Shown here: positions 34,352 through 44,691 of the stretch, piece after piece
How positions within the stretch are numbered: position 1 is the stretch's first letter
Layout of the letters: each line of letters opens with the position of its first letter
Source: a virus
Length of the DNA stretch: 45,389 nt
Strand: one strand, 5' to 3'
Virus record (IMG/VR): IMGVR_UViG_3300042923_001252
Coordinates: 1 to 45,389 of that record
Made by a program: the position numbers and the translations under genes
Notes under the pieces: generated by a model
Database searches by the model: none
Told to the model about the DNA's origin: nothing
The model's input: only the letters and a program-made list of their open reading frames with translations

Positions 34352-34596
34352 AGGCGAATAATGGAAATGACTTCAATAGCATCGGTTCCGGATAATTGTT
34401 CCAAGTCGTCAGGAATAATTCCCGTTGCTACTCCTGCAAGCTGAAATAAACCTGATGGGCTGTTGATCGAATCGTAAGAAGGAAGACTGAGCAGAGCTTT
34501 TCCGTTCACCTTATCCAAGTCGAATTCCAGTGTTTCCACCTTTTTATCATCAATTGTGATTGCTGTGTCCAAGTCATATTTGATTACTTTTGCCAT
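34285..34596 (-). CDS. Tail assembly chaperone (XkdN-like)
   Basis: Position between tube and tape measure, acidic about 100 aa. ATG 34596 lies 8 nt after AGGAGG. Confidence 0.7.
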   Translation of the reverse strand: MAKVIKYDLDTAITIDDKKVETLEFDLDKVNGKALLSLPSYDSINSPSGLFQLAGVATGIIPDDLEQLSGTDAIEVISIIRLFLSGRLGETQYASQLETSKKN

Positions 34597-34623
34597 TTTC
34601 ATTGCCTCCTAAGTGGTTGTATT

Positions 34624-35130
34624 TTATAAACCAAGTGATTTTCTAACGTCTTGCAAGTAATCCACGCCATCTACAATAAATTTGTAGTTGATCTTGTCCA
34701 ATTCAACAAGATCCTGATTATTAACTTGAATTTTAAGATAGACGACTTCGATATCAGTCGATCCATCGGATGGGTTCCCTTTTTGAAACTTACCCAAATC
34801 ATTCTTTACCGTGAAGCCTTGTACCACGACACGAACCGGTTCAATTTTTTGAGTACCGTTATCATTAAACTGATTAGCGCCACGGCAATCGTAGAACTGA
34901 GCATTAGGTACACTAAGTTTCGACATATCTTGATTAACAGTTTTCCAATTCATCGTAAGCTTCATTGATTGGAAGTGACCGAGAACTGGGCTGTCGTATT
35001 CACCGGCAACGCCCGCCCCTGAAACGGTCTGTGTCATTGCTTCCAGAGAAGGAAGTTGCAGATCGGCTACTCCAAGCTGTTGACCATTTTTATAGACGCG
35101 AAAATCATTGAGAAATTCTGGTAAACTCAT
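34624..35130 (-). CDS. Tail tube protein (XkdM-like)
   Basis: 168 aa directly after the sheath gene. N-terminus FRVYKNGQ..GVADLQLPSLE is typical of contractile-tail tube proteins. Confidence 0.8.
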   Translation of the reverse strand: MSLPEFLNDFRVYKNGQQLGVADLQLPSLEAMTQTVSGAGVAGEYDSPVLGHFQSMKLTMNWKTVNQDMSKLSVPNAQFYDCRGANQFNDNGTQKIEPVRVVVQGFTVKNDLGKFQKGNPSDGSTDIEVVYLKIQVNNQDLVELDKINYKFIVDGVDYLQDVRKSLGL

Positions 35131-35147
35131 GCGTCAAATCCCCCTTT

Positions 35148-36593
35148 TTATGCGAATAGCGTCGCGAAGTATGACGTATCATATTCCAACTTGAATTCAA
35201 TATCTTCTGCAGGAGTTGGCACTCCAAGTTGTACCGTAAAGACAATTTTTCCATCGAGCAAATTCGATGTTGGATTATCCTCTGGTTTAAATGAAATCTT
35301 TCCGCCCAGGAGTGCATCACCGGTAAGGCCATTCAGCCAGACATTGATACTGTCAACAAAAGAATCAATTAGCCTGCGATTCGCTGGATCGTCAACATTC
35401 TGCCAAAACGAGAGAATAATTGAGTTCCCAATCCACAGAAACATGCGTTTAACCGGGATAAATACATCTTTCACATCAGTTGACGATGGGTAAGCGCTTG
35501 TCCGATTTCCCCACAGTTTTAAGCCGCCGATAAAGTTCAGGGCAGTTACGATTCCATTGCTGTTTAGGTAGTTTGCTTGCGCAAGGTCAAGCTGTGCTTC
35601 TTCACCGTTGATAACCAGGCAGTCAGCCTGCAATGACTTATTTGACGGGCTGACAAAAGGCAAGTCACCATTTTCACTATCAACTTGAGCCATCAGAGCC
35701 GCCGCTTGAGAGGAGAATGAATAAGTTTGAGTGCCAAGTTTCAAATCAGCATAGGTCACAATTTGTTCAGGGCTGATTAAACTGTGTTCATCCTTGTATG
35801 ATGTGGCTGCTGTATAAACCTTGGCTACTGAATTATCAATGTCAGCAATACTGATTGCATTAAACACGCCGTTAATATTTTTCATTTTGGCACGCAGAAC
35901 AGCAGCAACCGTTGTATCTTTACTAAACTTCGGAGCAATCAAGATGCCAGGAACGAGTCGGAACTGAGGAAATACGGAATTGATTAATTCAAGTCCAGTG
36001 CTCTTCCCTGTTTCTGCATCGTACCCGCCGATCACATCGTTAACTGTCACTTCATCCGGATCAAGATAGTCATACGTGATGCTGAGCGATGCACTATCAC
36101 TACTTACTTGCCCGCCGGAAAGAGTTGCAATGGTTACCTTGCCATCGTCATCAAATGATGCAATATAATCCTGATTTTTCACCAAATTACCTGTAACGCC
36201 ATCTGCTGTTACCTGGATCGAATCGAGCAAGATTCCTTCTCGATCAATTAACCCGACTCTGCGCACTGTTGCAATTGATTCATGTTCAGTAACACTTTTT
36301 TTATGCTTTGACGGATCAAGCACGTTAATAAACACAACAGGCGCAACCCCATAAAGCTCAAAATGTGTGCTGATCACTTCAGATAAAGTGAATTTATCAA
36401 AATTTGATGAGATACCAAGCGCTTCCTGAGCTTCCTTTAATGAATAAGCAAGGATCGGTTTATTCACATTAGATAAATCCGTTTGATTGATTGGTGCTGT
36501 TCCGACAGCAATCGTCAATCCAGCTGTCGCTTGAACTGGGGAAAGTACGCCGGTTGGCTGCTCAGAATAGCGAATGCCATGAAAATAAGCCAT
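35148..36593 (-). CDS. Tail sheath protein (XkdK-like)
   Basis: 481 aa; size and synteny, with C-terminal sheath-like region NGIVTALNFIGGLKLWGNRT. Confidence 0.85.
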   Translation of the reverse strand: MAYFHGIRYSEQPTGVLSPVQATAGLTIAVGTAPINQTDLSNVNKPILAYSLKEAQEALGISSNFDKFTLSEVISTHFELYGVAPVVFINVLDPSKHKKSVTEHESIATVRRVGLIDREGILLDSIQVTADGVTGNLVKNQDYIASFDDDGKVTIATLSGGQVSSDSASLSITYDYLDPDEVTVNDVIGGYDAETGKSTGLELINSVFPQFRLVPGILIAPKFSKDTTVAAVLRAKMKNINGVFNAISIADIDNSVAKVYTAATSYKDEHSLISPEQIVTYADLKLGTQTYSFSSQAAALMAQVDSENGDLPFVSPSNKSLQADCLVINGEEAQLDLAQANYLNSNGIVTALNFIGGLKLWGNRTSAYPSSTDVKDVFIPVKRMFLWIGNSIILSFWQNVDDPANRRLIDSFVDSINVWLNGLTGDALLGGKISFKPEDNPTSNLLDGKIVFTVQLGVPTPAEDIEFKLEYDTSYFATLFA

Positions 36594-36599
36594 ATTTCA

Positions 36600-36905
36600 T
36601 CATCCTTTCATTTCTTTTTTTGCAGAATTAAAAAACGCTTGCTCAGCACTACCCGGCTGTGACAAACGTTTTTCAAAATCATTCAATTGATCAACAGGTA
36701 CAAATAGTGGCTTTATTGAAGGATACTTTTTAAGATCAATATGATTCGGAATACCATTGGTTAATACGGTATTCTGAAGCAATGCTCCACCCGGTAAAGA
36801 AGGACCAAGATAGATTAATGGACTTTCTTTTTGAACTGTTTTAGGTTCAAGTTTTGTAGGCGTAATTGCCGCTGTCTCAGCACTTTTTTTCACTGTATCA
36901 GGCAT
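36600..36905 (-). CDS. Hypothetical virion-associated protein
   Basis: ATG 36905 follows GAGGAGG. Lies between the neck genes and the sheath gene. Confidence 0.5.
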   Translation of the reverse strand: MPDTVKKSAETAAITPTKLEPKTVQKESPLIYLGPSLPGGALLQNTVLTNGIPNHIDLKKYPSIKPLFVPVDQLNDFEKRLSQPGSAEQAFFNSAKKEMKG

Positions 36906-37384
36906 TTTAAAACCTCCTCGTCTTGTATATCCGGAACGATATATTGTACATTCGAATAACCGATCCAAATAGGTGTATCTTGTTCTTCGGGAATGGTCGT
37001 TGAGTAAGAACCATCCTTCATCCGAAAGGCATCAATGTTTCTCTCTTTTTTAAGCGTAATCTTAATACGATTTAATATATTCAAGACATCCCGGTACCCC
37101 TGCTGCACATCCGAGCAATAGACACCTGCGATAATTCTTAATTCAACAACTGTTTCACCATCGGTCTCTCTTTCTTCCAAAAACCGAATGATAACAGAAG
37201 GGTAATCTTCTGTTTCATCCTTGGGCACATTCTTCATTCTTGAAGCTTTTTTTTCTTCAAGATATTGCATACACACTTTTGGAGAGCACTCTTCTCCGTC
37301 TTCGGTCAACAGAATAAAATCACCTATGTTGCTCGATACAAGTTTTTCAATGGCATCCATTAAGTCTAAGTTGGTAGTCAGCAA
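36890..37384 (-). CDS. Neck/tail-completion protein (unknown family)
   Basis: Synteny only. TTG start. Confidence 0.45.
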   Translation of the reverse strand: MLTTNLDLMDAIEKLVSSNIGDFILLTEDGEECSPKVCMQYLEEKKASRMKNVPKDETEDYPSVIIRFLEERETDGETVVELRIIAGVYCSDVQQGYRDVLNILNRIKITLKKERNIDAFRMKDGSYSTTIPEEQDTPIWIGYSNVQYIVPDIQDEEVLKCLIQ

Positions 37385-37386
37385 TT

Positions 37387-37953
37387 TTAATAATCACTTC
37401 CCTCAATCACCCGATTAAGTTCATGCTCAAGCCGCTGGTTTAATCGCTCTTGCGCTTTCTCTTCAACCCATTGCGATACCGATGGCTGAGCAATCATCTG
37501 TGGAATTGCAGGACCATACCGCTCATGAATCGGAAAACGCTCCTTGCCGGCACGTAAAAACACGCCAGTATGCCCACTTCCTAAATGGGCCACAAAAGCA
37601 CTTCCCAATGGTTTAAGGCCACTACCTCGCTTTACTGCAGCCTTAATCGGAACCTTCCTTAAGGGTTGAATGGTCTTTGGTGATACACGGAAGGCATAGA
37701 GAGGGATACGCTTTCCCTTTGACCTAACGGATGCACTTAAGTCCCCAGAAGTAGCCTTGATGATCCGCACAGTCTTTAAAACGTCACCGTGATTCACATA
37801 ATATTTTTCACGCGCTTTTCTGCCTGCCTCAGTCCGGGCAGTTGTTGCTGCTCGATTAATTGCTCTTGAAGCTGCCAAAGGTATTTTTTTTGGTGTATCG
37901 CTTAATAAAGTTTGGAGTCTGTCAAAATGTTCAATAGTTAACTGAATGGGCAT
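37387..37953 (-). CDS. Minor tail protein Z-like / tail completion protein
   Basis: LAASRAINRAATTARTEAGRKAREKY pattern resembles the GPZ family. ATG follows AAGGAGG. Confidence 0.5.
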   Translation of the reverse strand: MPIQLTIEHFDRLQTLLSDTPKKIPLAASRAINRAATTARTEAGRKAREKYYVNHGDVLKTVRIIKATSGDLSASVRSKGKRIPLYAFRVSPKTIQPLRKVPIKAAVKRGSGLKPLGSAFVAHLGSGHTGVFLRAGKERFPIHERYGPAIPQMIAQPSVSQWVEEKAQERLNQRLEHELNRVIEGSDY

Positions 37954-37965
37954 GACATGACCTCC

Positions 37966-38295
37966 TTACGCGCGATTCGCCGTTATTTTTACGGTGATCA
38001 ATCCATTTTCCTCAGTGGCTGCACTTACCCGGTAATCTTTGCCGTCTAGATTGACCTGTTCTCCCGGTTCAGGCTTTTCCATATCGGATGATCGAATATA
38101 AAACGTCTTATTCTCGACATAAACACCTTGGTTCATGACATATAGATCCGTTGGAAAGCGATCACGACCAGTAAATTGATCATCGTCTACAACGATTTCA
38201 ACTTCGACACCATTAACTATGTGCAATTCAGCAAACTCGTCCAGATTCACAAATGTGCTCAAATCGTCTGTGAGACAATCTTTGAACGATTTCAT
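37966..38295 (-). CDS. Head-tail connector-region protein (unknown family)
   Basis: Synteny only. ATGA coupling to the upstream gene. Confidence 0.45.
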   Translation of the reverse strand: MKSFKDCLTDDLSTFVNLDEFAELHIVNGVEVEIVVDDDQFTGRDRFPTDLYVMNQGVYVENKTFYIRSSDMEKPEPGEQVNLDGKDYRVSAATEENGLITVKITANRA

Positions 38296-38510
38296 AGATT
38301 TATTCCAGTGTCTGGACCATCTTGCTCTCCATCATCGGGGGGCGTACCATCGCTTTGCCCCCCAGTAGCTTTTTTTGATGCAATAGCTTCACAGTAACCA
38401 CTTTCGATTAGCCGCTTTTCTTCTGCTTTAGTTAATGTATCGATCGTTTCACCGACCTTGTACTTCTTTCCTTTTGTACGTACGTTAAACTTTTTAACAA
38501 GTACACTCAT
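38292..38510 (-). CDS. Small hypothetical head-associated protein
   Basis: ATG 38510 follows GGGGAGGAAAA. Confidence 0.45.
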   Translation of the reverse strand: MSVLVKKFNVRTKGKKYKVGETIDTLTKAEEKRLIESGYCEAIASKKATGGQSDGTPPDDGEQDGPDTGINL

Positions 38511-38529
38511 GATAAGTTTTCCTCCCCTA

Positions 38530-39579
38530 TTAGATAACTTCAAGAACAGCCCAACCGTCGATGTTGCAAGGGCAAGGAAGCGGACGGCTAGACACTTTGA
38601 TCATCTTAATTTCGTTGATTTCATCGGCCCAATGTTTCGGAACGCGAGTACCTTCATAAGTGTAGAAATTGCCATTCTCAAGCTGAGTCACGGCTCCATA
38701 CATGAACTTACCATCACCAGGTAAAGCCATTAATACTTGATTTGTAGGAACGAACGGATTTGTATTGCCATCATCATCTTCATACCAGTCGTTGTACGTG
38801 TAAATGTCCAAACCAAGTTCATTAAGACGACCAATATAGGTTACGGCATCTGATTTTATTGTCGGATTATAGCTACCAAAGTACATATTCCGAACATCAA
38901 GCAATTCCTTAATCTTGGCATTGCTTCTGAATGCTTTTAAAGCAGATGTTCCCATAACAAGAACCGTAGGAGCTCGTCCGGATTTTTCAATAACATCCAG
39001 CCGTTGATCTTCAAGCTGACCGTAAATATCTGCATCCGCCTGATCCCATTTATCGGTTCCGGCTAGTACCGTCTTGTTTGTAAGCCCGTAATCAAGCTCA
39101 TCCTCAATAATATTTTTTGATGAGCTATCTGCATAGCCTTTTGCAATGACCTTACCTGTAAAAAGAAGCTGCGCTGCCATCCATTCTTCACGTCTCGCAA
39201 TTGCTTCATCGAGTTCTTGAAGGTCTTTCGCCAATAGCTCAGCTTCACGATCGGCAGGTGTACGATTGCTAATCAGATTTTCTCCATAGGCACGACTTGA
39301 AAGATCATCAATTGTGAGCGCACGTTGTGGCGCAAGTCGAGGTGCCGCGTATTCAAATGTCTTGAAACCTTGTCGATCAAGGGTAATACCGCCGACTCTA
39401 GGAGCGACAAATGGTGCCATTTTGCGCTTGCCCTTGCGATAGTCAAGAAGAACCTTTTCGGTTACAAATGTCTCCGGCTGCATTGAAAAAAAGGTATCCT
39501 TTAGAAAGGTATGAACCGGTACAAGAAGATCCATAACACATTTCATTGTTGTTGTCTTATAAAGATTGATGTTGGCCAT
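38530..39579 (-). CDS. Major capsid protein, lambda gpE-like
   Basis: 349 aa. N-terminal pattern (..LKDTFF......F..EKVLLDYRKGKRKMAPFVAPRVGG) fits Phage_cap_E. Follows a gpD-like decoration gene. Confidence 0.85.
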   Translation of the reverse strand: MANINLYKTTTMKCVMDLLVPVHTFLKDTFFSMQPETFVTEKVLLDYRKGKRKMAPFVAPRVGGITLDRQGFKTFEYAAPRLAPQRALTIDDLSSRAYGENLISNRTPADREAELLAKDLQELDEAIARREEWMAAQLLFTGKVIAKGYADSSSKNIIEDELDYGLTNKTVLAGTDKWDQADADIYGQLEDQRLDVIEKSGRAPTVLVMGTSALKAFRSNAKIKELLDVRNMYFGSYNPTIKSDAVTYIGRLNELGLDIYTYNDWYEDDDGNTNPFVPTNQVLMALPGDGKFMYGAVTQLENGNFYTYEGTRVPKHWADEINEIKMIKVSSRPLPCPCNIDGWAVLEVI

Positions 39580-39595
39580 AGTCTGTGATTCCTCC

Positions 39596-39976
39596 TCAAT
39601 AACTCAGATTATCTTTCAAGAAAATACCTTTAGTACGTAGTGTTTCTTCATGTAGATCTGCAGTGTCCGTCCCACCAAAAGTCAAAGCATTGCGATTAAA
39701 TAGTCCTGAAATATAAGCTGTTGAAACAAGTGGAGTATCGCCAACAGTCACATCGTCAGTCAATATCGCATACGCCACCTGCGTGCCATCAGTCAGTGTG
39801 CTGTTTACCGGTGCAGATTGTTTTGTATCCGTAGTAATACCCAATACAGTTCCACGCTTCAAATCTCCTAAACCTGCTTTAAGCGTGACACCTTTTGTCA
39901 GAATAGGAACAGATAGGTCGGCAATCAAATGATCCGGAACATATTCTCCGAAATTCTGATTCGTCAAATCAGCCAT
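39596..39976 (-). CDS. Head decoration protein (lambda gpD-like)
   Basis: 126 aa between the protease and capsid genes. G.L.RGTVLG and the overall pattern are gpD-like. Confidence 0.7.
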   Translation of the reverse strand: MADLTNQNFGEYVPDHLIADLSVPILTKGVTLKAGLGDLKRGTVLGITTDTKQSAPVNSTLTDGTQVAYAILTDDVTVGDTPLVSTAYISGLFNRNALTFGGTDTADLHEETLRTKGIFLKDNLSY

Positions 39977-39977
39977 A

Positions 39978-41063
39978 TTAGTTCGCTTCCTTTCTTCTCG
40001 CTGGTTTCATATGATTCAAGATTGATTGAATGGCAATGTTTTCTTCATTTTTTTGATCGTCAGGATTTCCACCGCCAATTGATTGTGTTTGATGAAGTTC
40101 TTCCTGACGTTGTTGCACATAGTTTTCAGACAAATGTGCATCATTTTTCATTGCCTGAAATGCAAGCTCTTGCGCAGTCATGGGTTCATCAAATTTGGCT
40201 TTGTTCAGCAGCTCCGGCGTAATATGTGCCGCGATTTCTTCGATGCCCTTAATTCGTTCGCGCTCATTGTTGATTGCATCCGTAACCAATTCATTGCAAA
40301 GCGTTGGATACTTCGCTTTCAGCTCTTCCTTGTTTTTAATTTCCACATCAAAAACCTCCTCTAAATTAACTTTTTGACCATTTCTATTTTGTATTGACGG
40401 TGCAGAAGGCAGTTTTTTCACATCAAACGGAATACTGTTCACGATCAGAAAGCGTCCATCATTAGACACTGCCGAATCAACTGGTTCAAACATAATTTCA
40501 TCGACAAATCCCTTTTCCTTCGCTTCACGAGCTGTCATCCAAGTGGTTTCATTCATGAGGTCGGATAATTCATCTTCTGACAAACCAGTTTTCTGCGTGT
40601 ACGCCTCCATAATTGCTGTTTTCGCCGTATCGAGCATATCTGCACGCTTTCGAAGGTCATCACCTTCGAAGTAGCCGAACAATACCGCTAACGGATTATG
40701 AATCATGATCTGTGCACCAGCAGGAGCCGTGATTTTATCCCCGGCCATCATAATAATAGTGGCCGCGCTCGCTGCAATTCCATCCACTTTCACAGTCACA
40801 AAAGCAGAATGATCTTTGAGAAGTGCATAGATCGCTGTGGCAGCAAATACATCTCCGCCTCCACTATTGATGCGAACCGTTATATTAGCGACATCACCAA
40901 TATCAGCGAGTTCATTGTAAAAAGCCTGAGGTGTAACCTCATCTTCCCACCATGATTGTTCTGAAGCGATTGTTGAGTAGATCGTCAATTCCGCCTCAGA
41001 ATCATTCTTTTGAACGAAGTTCCAAAACTTATGTGGATTGCTCGCCGCCATTGCCTTGGGCAT
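39978..41063 (-). CDS. Head maturation protease (ClpP/S14-like) with C-terminal scaffold-like region
   Basis: VRINSGGGDVFAATAIY and DGIAASAATIIMMAGDKI..P.GAQIMIHNP (Ser/His motifs). ATG 41063 follows GGAAGGAGGTGA. Confidence 0.85.
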   Translation of the reverse strand: MPKAMAASNPHKFWNFVQKNDSEAELTIYSTIASEQSWWEDEVTPQAFYNELADIGDVANITVRINSGGGDVFAATAIYALLKDHSAFVTVKVDGIAASAATIIMMAGDKITAPAGAQIMIHNPLAVLFGYFEGDDLRKRADMLDTAKTAIMEAYTQKTGLSEDELSDLMNETTWMTAREAKEKGFVDEIMFEPVDSAVSNDGRFLIVNSIPFDVKKLPSAPSIQNRNGQKVNLEEVFDVEIKNKEELKAKYPTLCNELVTDAINNERERIKGIEEIAAHITPELLNKAKFDEPMTAQELAFQAMKNDAHLSENYVQQRQEELHQTQSIGGGNPDDQKNEENIAIQSILNHMKPARRKEAN

Positions 41064-42615
41064 TTCCATCACCTCCTTCCATCGGTTGGACCTGAGCGAT
41101 CAAGTCACCCATCATTTCTTTTTCTCGCTTCAACTGAGCAACGTTTTGATCAAAGTTACTTCCAGTCATTTCAATGGATTCACGCTCACGCGTTGAAACA
41201 CCAAGACCGATGCGCAATTGAGCCGCCTTAACTTCTTTTAATGGATCGATTTGCCCTTGGCTAGAACCGTGCCACTCAGCTGAACACCATGCTTTTTTAA
41301 TTGCTGGATCGACAAAAAAACCGGGCGCATGAATGCGTCCGATTGCTACAGCTTCAGTTAGCCATTGCTCATAAATCGGCTGACAAAATTCTTTTGCCAA
41401 CCAATCTCGACTCATATTAAAAAACTTCCATGCCTCTAACAGCGCCGCACGACTTGCACTATATGAAGCGTTGAATGATTTAAGTAACAGTTCTTGTGGA
41501 ATTTCAAGAGCTGCACCAATATAGCGAGTTAGTGAAGAAACAAATGCGTCAAAGGATGTTGCCGGTCGCGTAGGATTGGCGAGTTCAATACTTTCGTTCG
41601 GTCCTAACACATTGATTGCACCAGGAGCCATTTCATAAGTATTTTCTGTCTTATCCACTTGATCTTTTTCAGTAATCATTTCACCAAGTGGATTTTCAGA
41701 AGTTGTTCCATCTGATTTCACGAAAACTGTGAACATACCGGCAATGATTGATGCCATCAATTCAGCTTCTGTATATCGAGTCAACTGTTTCAGTGTCTCA
41801 ATAACAGGCGCTAGATAAGGAACACCACGACGCTGTTCAGCGCGTTCTTGCTTGATCAAATGCAAAATATTTGGTGCGCCGGTCGTTTTTCCAAATGCAT
41901 CAACACGCTGCCAACTCTGTCTAAGCTTCTCATCAAGATTACTGATCCAGTAAGCAACAGTTTGTCCAGTGGCATTATCAACCTCAACACCAGAATAAAT
42001 GTAATTACCGTTATCCTTATTAATCCCAATGATCCCATTGCCAACCATTTTATTTGGCGTTGATACTCGATCAGCCTCAATTAAATGAAGACGAAGAGTA
42101 TAGGGCATGTACGCTGCTTTTTTATCCGATCTGAATAAACAAAAAGCATCACCGTTTAGTAAATGCCCCATGAAAGCTGTAGCTTGTAAATCGAAGAAAT
42201 CAGACATTCGGAGTTGGTCACATAACTTTGACTCACTCCAAAGTGCAAATTCCCGCTCAACTTTCCGCTCCCATTGGTCTCCTTCCTCTTCGGTCAATCC
42301 AAGGAGACCTACTTCAAGGTGGGATTTTAGTTTCAAACCAGGACCAACCACATTTGTCCTTGCTGTTTTTATTGCGCTTGTTGCCAAAGGCGCATTCATA
42401 TACAGATCACGAGACCGTGCCCACAAGGTTGGCAAATTCTGATCAATATCTGTCGTTGCCGAATTTGCACTCGCTTTCCATGCTCTCATGCTGCGTTTCG
42501 TGTGAGACGCACCACCATTTTGATAGTTCACAATGTCAAGTGCTCGTCTGGCTGCCTCCCGTTTATAAGCAGCTATTGGCGAAACGTATGCAATCATTCG
42601 ATCTAGTGCGTTCAT
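41029..42615 (-). CDS. Portal protein (lambda gpB family)
   Basis: 528 aa; position between gpW and the protease, with lambda-type portal sequence character. RBS AAGGTGGTGA. Confidence 0.85.
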   Translation of the reverse strand: MNALDRMIAYVSPIAAYKREAARRALDIVNYQNGGASHTKRSMRAWKASANSATTDIDQNLPTLWARSRDLYMNAPLATSAIKTARTNVVGPGLKLKSHLEVGLLGLTEEEGDQWERKVEREFALWSESKLCDQLRMSDFFDLQATAFMGHLLNGDAFCLFRSDKKAAYMPYTLRLHLIEADRVSTPNKMVGNGIIGINKDNGNYIYSGVEVDNATGQTVAYWISNLDEKLRQSWQRVDAFGKTTGAPNILHLIKQERAEQRRGVPYLAPVIETLKQLTRYTEAELMASIIAGMFTVFVKSDGTTSENPLGEMITEKDQVDKTENTYEMAPGAINVLGPNESIELANPTRPATSFDAFVSSLTRYIGAALEIPQELLLKSFNASYSASRAALLEAWKFFNMSRDWLAKEFCQPIYEQWLTEAVAIGRIHAPGFFVDPAIKKAWCSAEWHGSSQGQIDPLKEVKAAQLRIGLGVSTRERESIEMTGSNFDQNVAQLKREKEMMGDLIAQVQPMEGGDGNAQGNGGEQST

Positions 42616-42627
42616 GCAATCACCACC

Positions 42628-42870
42628 TTACCAATCATGTGGCATAATCCCGATCACGCGATTTCTTTTTTTGCCACTTTCCATCACATCAATTTGCTTT
42701 TCGAGATCACGTATTGTCGATCGAACCATACCAAGATCTGCACGTTTAATTTTTCGATTGTTGAGTTGATATTCCTGAGCGCCTGATAGAATTGCCTCTT
42801 CGCATGCATAGTATTGATCAAGAATAGTTTTATAGCGTTCTAATCGTTCTGGACTCACAGAAATCACCAT
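42628..42870 (-). CDS. Head-tail joining protein gpW-like
   Basis: 80 aa between terL and portal. Pattern L..Y..IL.QYY..EEAILSGAQEY......I.RADL..V...I..LE resembles gpW. Confidence 0.65.
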   Translation of the reverse strand: MVISVSPERLERYKTILDQYYACEEAILSGAQEYQLNNRKIKRADLGMVRSTIRDLEKQIDVMESGKKRNRVIGIMPHDW

Positions 42871-42873
42871 CTT

Positions 42874-44691
42874 TCATAGCGATACTTTACTAACTAATCC
42901 CTTTTTTCGTTTACTTGGTTTTGGTTTTTCTTCTTTCGTTTGCTTCTTATCGACTAGCAATTGATTCAACTCTTCTAATGGTGGGTTTAGAATCTCAAGC
43001 GCCGCAGTCGCATAATTTCTTAAGTCGAAAGGTTCATTTCGTACACCACTAGACTTTTTCTCCCAAATAATACGCGTTTGTCCATTTTGATACTTCGTTG
43101 AACGCCGTTCAGAAGTCAGTCCTTCAAAGTATTGATGATCATATCCGGATCCATTAGGAAAATGGCAGTAACCTTCTTGCTCAGTCGTTGCCTGTAACCG
43201 GGATACAATCGTGTCTTTACCAACATCAACACCGATATTGAATAGCCATGTTCCTTCATCATTCCGTCGTTTTGGGCGCATAATAAAAGGAATTCCACTT
43301 CCGCCTTTGCCTTTAATCGCCCAAACGCGTTGAAATTCCCTCTTTTTGCAGAACTTATATACAGATTCAGTGTGATGACCGCCAGAGTCAATACAGGTTG
43401 TCATGATCGGAAGCTCTACTTCATCTTTCCTTTGAAATTTCTTTTTCAAAATCAAATCAAGTAGATTCCAAACTTCACGTTGTCCTGGATCACCCATGAT
43501 CACGCCATAGGAAACGCCCCAAGACTCTTTACCAATGCCCCAACCGACAATTTCATATTCAAGGCGATTATCTTGGACATCGACACCCATCGTCAAGCAG
43601 ACAACTGGTTCTGGCAACCCATCACCGTAATCCTCAGCACGATTTTCAAGGCTCTCGCTCTTAATACCTGTTCCCTTTTCCTCCCATGTTTCTCCAAGTG
43701 ATGTATTTACCCAAACCTTGAGCGTTTCCAGTCCTTTTCTTTTCGCCTCATGAAAATCATCAATGATATCACTCCATTTTTTCCAAGGGCTAAGTAACTC
43801 GTTGAGATGAAATCCGCGAATCGGAGCATCTGGATTTTCAGCAATCCATTTCCCATGGATCATATTTTGCTTCCACTCTATTTCGCTATGAAGATACCCA
43901 CAGCATGGACACCGCATTGACTTCGTTTCAAAATCAATTTGCGGCCACAAGAACGGTTGGAGCTCGCCACAGGAAGGACACGGAATATGAAATCGCTCTT
44001 TTGTGCTCAATTCATACTCCGATTCAATCCTGCTAGCTCCTTTAATAGTCGGCGTTGAAACCATGATGATCTTCCGATTCCAAAAAGTCGTTGTTCTTTT
44101 TTCCGCCAAAGAAAGCGGATCGCCTTCACTACCGGCACTAAAAGGATAGCGATCAATTTCATCGGCTAACAAGATGCGAATTGGTCGGGATGCAAGCCCT
44201 GACGGTGCATTTGCTCCAATAAGTGCCACATACCCTCCGACAAATGTCTTTCGTAAGGTCGTATTACCGCTGTCCCTGCTTTTCACATCAGCGACTTTGT
44301 TACGTAAGGACGGAGTATCTCTGATCATTGGATCAATACGCTCTTTAGAAAAGTTTTTCGCCATCGTATCAGTCGGCTGAACCATTAGGATTGGAGCTGG
44401 ATCATAGTCAACATGATAACCAAAAGCATTTAATAGAATTTCCGTTTTACCAACCTGAGCACTCGCCATGATTACGATCTTTTCATAATGAGGATCATTA
44501 ATTGCATTGAGCATCTCGCGTTGATAGGGTGCTCGATCTGTTCGCCACTTACCAGGTTCTGCCGAACTTTCACTTGATAAGAATCGATATTCGTCAGCCC
44601 ATTCAGATACAGTCAAATCGGGTGGAGGAGCAACGGCATCTCGAATGATTTCACGAAACAGGTTTTCTGTTTTTCCTATTCTTTCGGGCAT
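42874..44691 (-). CDS. Terminase large subunit (lambda GpA family)
   Basis: 605 aa. Walker A-like MASAQVGKTE, LLADEID Walker B, and a Cys cluster CPSCG..CPCCG typical of GpA-type terminases. Confidence 0.9.
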   Translation of the reverse strand: MPERIGKTENLFREIIRDAVAPPPDLTVSEWADEYRFLSSESSAEPGKWRTDRAPYQREMLNAINDPHYEKIVIMASAQVGKTEILLNAFGYHVDYDPAPILMVQPTDTMAKNFSKERIDPMIRDTPSLRNKVADVKSRDSGNTTLRKTFVGGYVALIGANAPSGLASRPIRILLADEIDRYPFSAGSEGDPLSLAEKRTTTFWNRKIIMVSTPTIKGASRIESEYELSTKERFHIPCPSCGELQPFLWPQIDFETKSMRCPCCGYLHSEIEWKQNMIHGKWIAENPDAPIRGFHLNELLSPWKKWSDIIDDFHEAKRKGLETLKVWVNTSLGETWEEKGTGIKSESLENRAEDYGDGLPEPVVCLTMGVDVQDNRLEYEIVGWGIGKESWGVSYGVIMGDPGQREVWNLLDLILKKKFQRKDEVELPIMTTCIDSGGHHTESVYKFCKKREFQRVWAIKGKGGSGIPFIMRPKRRNDEGTWLFNIGVDVGKDTIVSRLQATTEQEGYCHFPNGSGYDHQYFEGLTSERRSTKYQNGQTRIIWEKKSSGVRNEPFDLRNYATAALEILNPPLEELNQLLVDKKQTKEEKPKPSKRKKGLVSKVSL

